From: a virus
Virus record (IMG/VR): IMGVR_UViG_3300035564_000075
Coordinates: 20,631 to 84,630 of that record
Length of the DNA: 64,000 nucleotides
Reading direction: 5' to 3' (one strand)
The translations under genes and the position numbers were made by a program. Below, one piece after another: positions 1 to 8,832 of the stretch; positions within the stretch are counted from its first letter, which is position 1, and every line of letters begins with the position of its first letter. The notes under the pieces are model-generated. The model had not been told where the DNA came from. It worked only from the letters and a program-made list of their open reading frames with translations, and searched no databases.

Positions 1-1
1 A

Positions 2-3000
2 GCCCCATTACTTCAGGCAGAAGTAAGTGAAGGAGAAGAGACTAAGTTTGCCGGTTCTAGCTCTATGCAGATGCTTGCACAGAGAATTTGGACATCCTTC
101 GAGCGCGCCTCAGGACAAGTTGGTGCCACTCCACATTCTGTATTCTGGAGTTCCGTAGTAAGGGGAAACGAGGAAGTTCAGCCTGCTACTGCACTTGGTT
201 GGCATGCCAATGAGTTGGCACAGAACATCACACGTGGTCAGATACGCTTCAATGTCAATGCAATGGGCAAACCTCTATATCCTAGTGATGTAGAGCAAGT
301 CCAGAGAGACCTGATGTCTCAAATCAGGTATGGCAAGAATCAGATTATGGGTCCTGGCAACCAGCATGATCAGGGCGTTGGTGCAACCTTTGGTGAACTG
401 GGACGTGGTGGATATGTGCAGAAGGGCGGGTTCCTAATTCCTATCACACAGATAACCAGAACTACTGCAGAGGGAACTGAATGGTTCCTACCAGGAACTG
501 CAGAAAGTGCCGCAAAGTCTCTTCGTAGAATTGGTACATTGCCTCCAGAAGCACTTCCTTATACTAAGGGAGTGGGTCCAAATAACGTCTATCAGCAAAT
601 GCAAGCAACCCCTGCAACCGGACAGGGAGCAGGCTATGCGCTATTGAATATGATCCATCCTGGTGAAACTCAGGCACGTACTGCGCCTGTAGGCAACCTT
701 TGGGTATCTGGTGTTAGTGGTATCCCTGGTGGTGGACTAGAGCCTTCTAATGCATGGAGACCATCTGCATGGGGAAACACCACGGTTGAGGATCTCGATC
801 TTCCTATTAGGAATATTGGAGAGGCCACTGCTGAAAACTTCCCGTTCAAGTTCCGCAATGTAGTAGGAAAGAACTATGAACCTGGGGAAGGTTCTCCTAT
901 CGTTGGTACATACAATGTTGGCGGAAGTGAAAGGAACCTAACTCTACGTCCAGTAGAGAGTGCTCCACTATCTCCTTTGTCACAAGTTGTGCTTGTTCCA
1001 TCATGGAAGAATCCAGTAACTGGTGAATTCCTTGCAACCAAGAAGAGGGGTGCGGTAGCAGTATCTGATGCAGAGGTACTGGCTGTATCTCAAAGATCTG
1101 GTTTGCCAGCACAGAGAGTAGAGGGTTATACCTCTCTGGCGTTGTCTGTTACCAGTCTATACAGAACTGCACAGAAAACTGGTGGTACTATCAAGGCACT
1201 TGGCGTTCCTACTGGCATGGAACAGTATGTCCATGTAGGTGGACAGAAGGTACCGATCGATTTGGTTACTGGTGAACTGAAGTCATCTCTTGCCATCACG
1301 CAGGACTTTATGGCTTCTCGTTCTCGTTCTCAGGTACTGATGATGCTTGAGGATTACACCAAGAGAACCAGTGTTTCCGGTGGTCAAGAATTGGTAGAGT
1401 ACTACAAGAAAGAGTTTATGTCTGGTAAGAGACCTGCTACTATGGAGGAACTTGCCTCTCAACTTAGCATTTATGGCGAAGGACAGACTGAAGAGATCAG
1501 CAGACTGCAGAGATGGAAGTCATCTCTGACTGACATGAATACTGTCTTCAACATGAGCGAACTAAGCAAGGAAGAGTTGAGGATTCATGGTACAACCAAT
1601 GCATCTAATCTTTCTACCTACATAGACCAAAGAATTTCTACTGTTCGTGACTCTGCATTCTCTGGTAATGGTATGCAACTTGGTAGTGAGATCTTCAAGA
1701 ATACAGTTCTTGCAGAGAGTGATGCAGAGAGAGCTATGAAGCGCTATGGCGGCTTCTTGACACCAGAGGGTAACGAGATAGTCCATGGTGCCATGCATCC
1801 AGAGTCTATCAAGTGGGCAATCCAGGCTGCAATGGCAACTGGAATGACACAATCACAGGCAACAAAAGATGTCAAGAGAAGGTTCACGTTTCAAGATCCT
1901 TCTGGCAATCCTATAACACTTCAGCAAGCTATCAAGCTTGGCGAGAGTGGTAAACTTCCTATTGCCTTTGAGCATCCAGAAAGAAGAAGTGTAGTTCTGA
2001 TGGGACAGCCTCTTCCAAGAATGATGGAATGGGCTTCAAGGCAGACAAGAATTGGTTATGAGACTGGTACATATCTGTCTTCTATGTTTCCAAAATTCAT
2101 GTCAGGTATTGGTGCGAACACACGTGAATCTCACAAAATGAGAGGCATGGAAGGACCCGAGCGTGAAGTAGATGCTTATGTAAAGTGGTCACTCACTCTT
2201 GCAAAGCAGAATGAGCAGTATCCTGATATTACTAAGCTAGGAAAGGGAAGGGAATATACAGGAAAGGAAGAGACTGCTGCGGCTATGACCGTTGCAGAAG
2301 ACTTGCTTGTAAAATCTGCTTCAGATCTTGCCGAAACTAGAAACAATCCCGATGCAACTCCAGAGATGATCAATCAAATGGAGGATGCATATCAATATCG
2401 CAAGTCCAACTTCATGGAAATAAGACAGAAGCTGGATATGCCGCCTGAAATGCCGCTTATGCCAGAGAAGTATCAGGAAGTAAGCGAATCCAATATGAGT
2501 AATATTGGTTCCTGGCTATCTTCCCCAGAGGGACAGCAGGCAAGTGACGAAACCAAGCTAGACTTCATTCGCTCTACTATTGGAGAGGGAGAGGGACCCC
2601 TATTCTATGGTCATATCAAGGATGGCAAACTCGTTTCTGGCCCTGGACATCTAATTCCACGCCCTGAACTTATCAAGGAACTGCAGTACAACGACAAGAT
2701 CACTGGAGAGTCAATTGGTAACATCTCTGCTCTCTATACTGGAATCTTTTCTGGTAAGTCTGGACCCGAGAGACTATTCAACATCCTAAAGGATCGTCTA
2801 GGCGCAAAGAGCGAGGCTTACAAGAATGCATGGGGCTTCAAGACTCCATCTGGTTGGGGTGGTAGATTTGGAAACCTAGAGGCTCTTGCACCAGATGAAA
2901 TCTATCTGCCTCCAAGTGAGCGCAAGAGAATGCTTCGTCAGATGGGATTCAGGGGACAGAAGCTATCCAAGGCCATGCTGCAACTTGAGAAGATGGGTGA

Positions 3001-6000
3001 TGTACAGGGAATCGGATTCCGTATTCCTGTAGGTTCACGCGGCCAGCAGATGATGGCAATGAGACTTGTTACAGAAAGGACTCTGCGCGAGAGACTTGGC
3101 AGTGCTGTAAATCGTGGTGCGTTACTTGGACAATTGAAGCAGACTACTGGTATGTCCTTTGTCAGCAAGCAGTTCGCTGCCGTTGGTAAGGGTGACTTCG
3201 ATGCAGACTTTATGATGTCTTTGTTCGGTTTGGCTAGGGACAAGGATGATAATCTCGTCAAGACCGATACCACCGAACTGGGTGCAATTCAGATAAAGAC
3301 CAGTGAGGATGCTGTAGGGCTTCTTCGTAAGATGGGATTGAATGTAGAGGAAGACATTCCAAAGGAGTCTCTGGATACTATCAAGGAAGTTCTTGATAAA
3401 CCAGGATTCCACTCTGCACAAGAGGTTATGGAAGCCTTCTTCAAGCTAGGCGTTTCAGAGACTGGTCGTGGCACTACCTACAACATCCAGCGTATCTTCA
3501 CGCCTTTCATGCAGATGGCAGGCTTCAAGACAAAGCAAGTTGATGCAGTTACCTCTGCAATGCAGAAGATCTACAGTGCCGCATTGGACAACTGGAATGT
3601 AAAGAACAAGCGTGAGCTATTGGGCGACACGCTTACTTCCGCTATCTCTACTGCAGAGATCCGTATGGGAGATAGTGGTCCATATCTGCACCTGGGAACG
3701 CGTATTCCTAAGAAGGGTTCTCCTGGAAACATTGGTTACAACTTTGCGCCCGAGCAACTTGTTCAGGGTGGCGTAAAGAATCTCATGCTGGAACTTGCAC
3801 GCAGAGCCAACACTCCTCTTGAGGTTGTTGGAAAGAATGGCGAAATTACCAAGGAATATCAGTGGACTGCAGAATCTGTAGCACAGCTATTCACTGGTCC
3901 TGGCAAGAGCTCTAAGGCGCTAAAGGCAAAACTAGAAGCTGCTGGACTTGGCAACTTCTATGGTCCTCTTGCTGAAGAGATCAACTCTAAGTTCGAGGGT
4001 GCAAAAGATCACGAAGATACCATAAGAATCAGCAATGAATTTATGATGACACCGATCGTGGGCTCTACTCTTACTTCTGCATTGGTACGTGCTAATGGAG
4101 ATCCAGATGCAGAGTATGCTGCTGCTGAATTCTTCCGTAAGTCAGGTTACTCTGGCAAGCTGATCAAGGCTTCTGCAACTCTTGCTCGTATTCAATTGGG
4201 CAAGGCAGATGTCTCTGCCGATGAGATCTTCGATGCTCTAAAGGTAATGCCAAAGGGTGTTGATAGAGAGTCACTTGTTCAGGTTGCCATTCAGCGTGGT
4301 ATTAGAGTGCCAAAGTATCAGGGCAAGGAAGGCGCTCCAGATCCTAAGAGACAGGTGGAAGCTGCATTTGAGAGAGCAGTTCCACAACAGGGTGTCCTAG
4401 CCACTGGTGCTGCTGCCAGAAGAGGCAGGGGCGGAATGAGTCCCGTAGAGCGTGCAGTAGTTGAGAGTGCTACTCAAATTGCTCCTGGTGTTGGTAGAAG
4501 GGCGGGACTTATCCCAGATCCTGATGCCATTCTGGAGAGGAATATAGACGATGTATCAATGGGAGAGGCTGACAGACTATTGGGTGCTGCTGTATCAAGT
4601 GCTCCTAGAGTTCTGTCTGCTTTGGGCGGCAAAGATACTGGACTATATAGCAGAATCCAGGCCGCTGTATCTGCTGCTACAGGTGTTGGCGTTGGTGATC
4701 TTGGTTCAAGATTCGGCAATCAACTAGCCGAGCAGATTGGTGGTGCTTCTTCTACTCCCGAGAATCTTGAGAAGTTCGTGCGCGCATTGGGCGCAGGTGA
4801 CTTCGACAAGATCAAGGAAGTTCAGAAGGGTGTATCTGCATCCAGAATTGGTGCCTATGTTGCTCCTAGAGCATCAGCTAAGATGAACATGGCTGCTGTA
4901 ACTGCACTGAACGCCAGTGGTCAGGCTGCACAGATTGCAGGCATTGGTGATATGAATGCAGTTGAAAGAGAAGTGGGTAAGCAAGCGCAGGAAGTAACAA
5001 TATCCCCTGAAGCGCAGAAGGCTGCAAAGCTAGAGACACTGTACAATAACTGGATTGCCATGACTGATAAGCATGGCAAGATTATGGAGAAGTACCAACC
5101 CGCCTTTGATAAGATGGTACATGATTTTGGAGAAGTTGGTAAAGACTTCGAAAAAATGAGCAAGGGCGAAAAGAGGGGCGTGGTTGGTGGCTTCGCTGCA
5201 CAGCGTGAGGAAGATGCCAAGTCTGAACAAGCTGCTGCAAGACAGGCTGCTCAGGGAAGAATCGCTGCTGGTGGCGGAACTGGTACACCAGAAGATATAG
5301 CCCTTGCTGCTAGTGGTGGTGACGAGGGCGGTAGTACTCCTGGAAGAAGAATCGCTTCAACCTTCCGCAAGCTATTAGGCGGTTGGGGCCTAATGTACAT
5401 GAAGGATATTGCTGGCTACGTGACTGGTGGTGTTGGTTGGGGACAGGGCGAAGCAGAGCAGTATCGTGGTGCACAGGCTGGCGTGATTGGCAAGCAAGTT
5501 GGAATGACTTCTCCATACCAGTCATACGCACAACGTACTGCCACCATGATGGGTCTTGCGGGAAGTGATGTAAACGCAAAGCAATATCTGGATAGAATAC
5601 AGGCACAGAACCAAGCAATTCAGCTTGGCTTTGGTGGTCTATCTGCTGGTGTGGCTGGTGCGGCTGGTTACTCATTCATTGCGCAAAGTGGTGCACTTGG
5701 AGCAGGTCTTGCATCAGAAGCAAGTATTGGTGCAGTTGCTCCTATACTTGGATTGGCAATCGGTGCTGGTGCAGTTGCTGCCAATGTTATTGGTAGGGCA
5801 TCCGATACACAAGGTACTGGTTATGGTCTTTCTAAGGCAACTTCCTTTGGTAGCGCACTTGCTAACATAGGATCGATTGCCGCAAACAAGATACAGGACA
5901 AAACTCAAAAGGCTCAAAGTAATCAATCAGCAATTGATTACACAATAGCAAGAGACATTGTTACCAGTGGTGGAAGGGTGGCGCAGTTTGCTGGTGGTTC

Positions 6001-8383
6001 ACCAGATGCTGTAAAGGCTGCTTCTCTTGCTACAATATTCTCTGAGCAATATGGACTTGATGCACAGAGTGCTGCACAGGTGGCCGCATTCTATGTTCAA
6101 AATCCTAATATGACGATGAACGCTACTTCTGTAAAAGCACTTGCTGCTAATTATAGCTATGGCGGAAATATGGAGGCCATATCAGGTGGTGCCGTTGTAA
6201 ATTCCGGTTTCAGTGGTAAGCAAGCACAAGATATAGCGCAGAGGGGTATGCAGACACTGGCCGGTGGACAAAAGATATTCAACGGTGTAACATCCTATGA
6301 TGTTGCAACGGGCAAGCCTATATCTGGTGACAGGTATTCAACGCCAACCGTGTATAAGCAACTAGAGCAAGAGGCAATTGCTGGTGGACAGAAGTTCCTT
6401 GGTCAGGTTCCTGGTGGTCAGTATCTGCAATATGGTGCACAGGGAGCTACACCAGCCAATGGAATGAATATCGTTGCACAGAACCAATATGCACAACAAG
6501 CATTTGGTCTAACTCCATATCAGCAACAGGCTATGATGACATCTGGTACTTTTACTGATCAGTTGAGAAACTATGGCTGGAAGGGTTCACAGCTTGACGT
6601 AAAAGATATGATGGCTGCAGGACAGATCACACAGGCGCAGTCTTATAGGTATGCTCTACAGGCACAGTATGGATCACAACTTCTTGGTGGTATGGCTTCT
6701 GGAAATCCACTAACATGGTCATCCGTAGCCAGGGCCTCTGGACAGGCTGGCATACCATCTTATGGTGGCTTGCAGACTACATGGGGACAGAATGTATCAA
6801 GTCAGTATCTTGGATTCACTGACATCAATCCTACAACGGGTGCCCCTACTGGACAGGCATGGGGAACCAGTTCTCTTGCCATGTATGGTACTCCTGCTCC
6901 AGCAGTAGCGCAACAGATTTGGAATAGGTTGCCACAACCAAACGAAAGAGGGATTGGTGTAAATGCTGGACAAGGATTTACTTTAGGACAGGCACAAGCT
7001 GCTTATGGTAAGTATGGTGGTGGCGCAATCAACGCCATGACGAACGGCTTCAATGTCAATGGTACTACTTACTATGGACAGCAAGGATTGCAGGGTTTCC
7101 AGAATCAGCAATCTTATGACTTCTCTATGGCTTCTGCTGGCTTGGCAATGACAGGCGCAAAGGCAAGTTTGGCATTTGCAACTGGTATTGGTATCAACAA
7201 GTACAACAATATCAATCCTCAGACCGGACAGTACTTCAACATAGGCGCACAGAGCTATGGCTTCGATGCTGGTAAGTATGGATCATACCAATCAGTAGGT
7301 GGTGGTATGTGGGGCATTGAGGATGCACAGCGCTATCTTGGATATGCACAGCAACAGGCTAGCTTTGGCTTCCAGCAGAAAGGAATGAATTTGCAGGCTA
7401 CGCAGTTTGGACAGACGATGGGATTGCAGTGGCAAGGCATGCAACTAAGTAGACAACAGGGTACAGAGGAATATCAGTTCCAGTCTGGTCTAGCTGCACA
7501 TCAGTTTGGTTTTGGACAGACGATGTTCAGAGAGCAGGCAAGATTTACTTCTGGCCGTGAGCGTCGCCTGGAAGAGATGCAGAACAAGGAAAATGTTACC
7601 GTCTATGGAATGGAAAAGAATCAGAGAGACAAGGAATTCGCATTCCAGAAAGAGAGATGGAAGCTAGAAGAGCAACAGCACAAGTTGCAGATCCAGCAGT
7701 TTGCAGAGACTAAGAAACTACAGCAAGAAGAGTTGGATGCCAACCGCAAGTTCTGGGAAGAAGGCAAGAAGCTCTCCGAGGCGGCTGTACAACTACAGCG
7801 TGCTGAGTTCATTGAGAACAACAAACTACAGCAACAGTCTGCTGCACTTCAGGCTGCACAAGCACAAGCAACCAAGCAGATGGCCGATGTTATGATTCCA
7901 TACACCAAGTATAGTGGTGATGTAAGTGGTATGCTGGACAGCATGAACGCAACTACCCTTCCAGACATGATAGCCTATTTGACAAATGTAAACTCTGGAA
8001 TGATAACCTTCATCTCAAATCTAGCTACAGTTCAGGCATTACTAGGTGGTGGCTGGCAAGGACCTCTTCCTGGAGAAGGACAGCATGCTACTGGTGGTTC
8101 TCTTGGCCCTGGTGTTTCTTCCGTTGGTGAGGCTGGTTGGGAGTTCGCCGTTGGTAATCAGATTATCCCACATGCAACATCCGTAGGACTATATAATGCT
8201 GGTATGCGTCCTGGCATGAGTTTTGCACAGGGCACCAATAAGATCAACGAGTATATGGATAGGGCAATGCTTCCATTCAGTGGAGGCGGTGGTTCTAAGC
8301 CGATGCAAGTCAATGTATACGTTGGTAATGAACTGTTGCAGTCCTTTATTATTGACGCAGTTAGCAAGGATCTAAACAACTAA
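2..8383 (+). CDS. Giant tail tape-measure protein with N-terminal two-barrel (DPBB) RNA polymerase-like region; 5' end lies outside the window
   Basis: Frame has no stop from nt 2 to the Met at 65, so the gene is truncated. RNAP-like motifs: GWGGRF..LAPDEIYLP (2852), GFRIP (RIP 3020-3028), GKGDFDADF (DFDAD 3194-3208). The C-terminal half is Gly/Ala/Gln-rich with hydrophobic segments, a coiled coil and the TMP-type end HATGG..VGEAGWE..QVNVYVGNE. It lies directly upstream of Dit/hub genes. Confidence 0.8.
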   Translation, partial: APLLQAEVSEGEETKFAGSSSMQMLAQRIWTSFERASGQVGATPHSVFWSSVVRGNEEVQPATALGWHANELAQNITRGQIRFNVNAMGKPLYPSDVEQVQRDLMSQIRYGKNQIMGPGNQHDQGVGATFGELGRGGYVQKGGFLIPITQITRTTAEGTEWFLPGTAESAAKSLRRIGTLPPEALPYTKGVGPNNVYQQMQATPATGQGAGYALLNMIHPGETQARTAPVGNLWVSGVSGIPGGGLEPSNAWRPSAWGNTTVEDLDLPIRNIGEATAENFPFKFRNVVGKNYEPGEGSPIVGTYNVGGSERNLTLRPVESAPLSPLSQVVLVPSWKNPVTGEFLATKKRGAVAVSDAEVLAVSQRSGLPAQRVEGYTSLALSVTSLYRTAQKTGGTIKALGVPTGMEQYVHVGGQKVPIDLVTGELKSSLAITQDFMASRSRSQVLMMLEDYTKRTSVSGGQELVEYYKKEFMSGKRPATMEELASQLSIYGEGQTEEISRLQRWKSSLTDMNTVFNMSELSKEELRIHGTTNASNLSTYIDQRISTVRDSAFSGNGMQLGSEIFKNTVLAESDAERAMKRYGGFLTPEGNEIVHGAMHPESIKWAIQAAMATGMTQSQATKDVKRRFTFQDPSGNPITLQQAIKLGESGKLPIAFEHPERRSVVLMGQPLPRMMEWASRQTRIGYETGTYLSSMFPKFMSGIGANTRESHKMRGMEGPEREVDAYVKWSLTLAKQNEQYPDITKLGKGREYTGKEETAAAMTVAEDLLVKSASDLAETRNNPDATPEMINQMEDAYQYRKSNFMEIRQKLDMPPEMPLMPEKYQEVSESNMSNIGSWLSSPEGQQASDETKLDFIRSTIGEGEGPLFYGHIKDGKLVSGPGHLIPRPELIKELQYNDKITGESIGNISALYTGIFSGKSGPERLFNILKDRLGAKSEAYKNAWGFKTPSGWGGRFGNLEALAPDEIYLPPSERKRMLRQMGFRGQKLSKAMLQLEKMGDVQGIGFRIPVGSRGQQMMAMRLVTERTLRERLGSAVNRGALLGQLKQTTGMSFVSKQFAAVGKGDFDADFMMSLFGLARDKDDNLVKTDTTELGAIQIKTSEDAVGLLRKMGLNVEEDIPKESLDTIKEVLDKPGFHSAQEVMEAFFKLGVSETGRGTTYNIQRIFTPFMQMAGFKTKQVDAVTSAMQKIYSAALDNWNVKNKRELLGDTLTSAISTAEIRMGDSGPYLHLGTRIPKKGSPGNIGYNFAPEQLVQGGVKNLMLELARRANTPLEVVGKNGEITKEYQWTAESVAQLFTGPGKSSKALKAKLEAAGLGNFYGPLAEEINSKFEGAKDHEDTIRISNEFMMTPIVGSTLTSALVRANGDPDAEYAAAEFFRKSGYSGKLIKASATLARIQLGKADVSADEIFDALKVMPKGVDRESLVQVAIQRGIRVPKYQGKEGAPDPKRQVEAAFERAVPQQGVLATGAAARRGRGGMSPVERAVVESATQIAPGVGRRAGLIPDPDAILERNIDDVSMGEADRLLGAAVSSAPRVLSALGGKDTGLYSRIQAAVSAATGVGVGDLGSRFGNQLAEQIGGASSTPENLEKFVRALGAGDFDKIKEVQKGVSASRIGAYVAPRASAKMNMAAVTALNASGQAAQIAGIGDMNAVEREVGKQAQEVTISPEAQKAAKLETLYNNWIAMTDKHGKIMEKYQPAFDKMVHDFGEVGKDFEKMSKGEKRGVVGGFAAQREEDAKSEQAAARQAAQGRIAAGGGTGTPEDIALAASGGDEGGSTPGRRIASTFRKLLGGWGLMYMKDIAGYVTGGVGWGQGEAEQYRGAQAGVIGKQVGMTSPYQSYAQRTATMMGLAGSDVNAKQYLDRIQAQNQAIQLGFGGLSAGVAGAAGYSFIAQSGALGAGLASEASIGAVAPILGLAIGAGAVAANVIGRASDTQGTGYGLSKATSFGSALANIGSIAANKIQDKTQKAQSNQSAIDYTIARDIVTSGGRVAQFAGGSPDAVKAASLATIFSEQYGLDAQSAAQVAAFYVQNPNMTMNATSVKALAANYSYGGNMEAISGGAVVNSGFSGKQAQDIAQRGMQTLAGGQKIFNGVTSYDVATGKPISGDRYSTPTVYKQLEQEAIAGGQKFLGQVPGGQYLQYGAQGATPANGMNIVAQNQYAQQAFGLTPYQQQAMMTSGTFTDQLRNYGWKGSQLDVKDMMAAGQITQAQSYRYALQAQYGSQLLGGMASGNPLTWSSVARASGQAGIPSYGGLQTTWGQNVSSQYLGFTDINPTTGAPTGQAWGTSSLAMYGTPAPAVAQQIWNRLPQPNERGIGVNAGQGFTLGQAQAAYGKYGGGAINAMTNGFNVNGTTYYGQQGLQGFQNQQSYDFSMASAGLAMTGAKASLAFATGIGINKYNNINPQTGQYFNIGAQSYGFDAGKYGSYQSVGGGMWGIEDAQRYLGYAQQQASFGFQQKGMNLQATQFGQTMGLQWQGMQLSRQQGTEEYQFQSGLAAHQFGFGQTMFREQARFTSGRERRLEEMQNKENVTVYGMEKNQRDKEFAFQKERWKLEEQQHKLQIQQFAETKKLQQEELDANRKFWEEGKKLSEAAVQLQRAEFIENNKLQQQSAALQAAQAQATKQMADVMIPYTKYSGDVSGMLDSMNATTLPDMIAYLTNVNSGMITFISNLATVQALLGGGWQGPLPGEGQHATGGSLGPGVSSVGEAGWEFAVGNQIIPHATSVGLYNAGMRPGMSFAQGTNKINEYMDRAMLPFSGGGGSKPMQVNVYVGNELLQSFIIDAVSKDLNN

Positions 8384-8832
8384 TGACAACATACAGTTAC
8401 TTCACTCTTACTACAATGAACCGTGGTGCATCTGGTCCAACTACTACCAAGAAATTCAGGGTAGTAGATGGTGGCTATGCTCCCTATCTTGAGAAAGCAG
8501 AGAACATGGATGTTACGGTAGAGGGCAAGCTGGATATTTCACAAGGTGCCGTTCATAAAGCCTACGATTTCATTGTCAAGGTTTATCAGGAAGATCCAAG
8601 TGGTGATTCCAGCTATGCAACCTATGCCGACTTAGAGACATTTTTCAGGTATAATAAACCATTGGGCTCTCCTTCAAACATGTTCTACATGACTGACCAC
8701 TATGGTGAACATAGCTATGTCAAGTTTGGTGGGCAATTGAAACAACAACCCGCTACTGTGTTTCTTGAAGGAAAGAATGCAATTTACTTCATTCAAATTT
8801 CTCTGAAAGTACTGGATCAGGTTGACATATGA
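8383..8832 (+). CDS. Putative distal tail (Dit-like) protein
   Basis: 149 aa, beta-rich, immediately after the TMP with overlapping TAATG stop/start; this is the canonical Dit position. Confidence 0.55.
   Translation: MTTYSYFTLTTMNRGASGPTTTKKFRVVDGGYAPYLEKAENMDVTVEGKLDISQGAVHKAYDFIVKVYQEDPSGDSSYATYADLETFFRYNKPLGSPSNMFYMTDHYGEHSYVKFGGQLKQQPATVFLEGKNAIYFIQISLKVLDQVDI

Noticed and set aside
670-8379. Many short antisense ORFs inside the giant gene and other long genes
   Set aside because: They are shadow ORFs without ribosome-binding sites or recognisable motifs.
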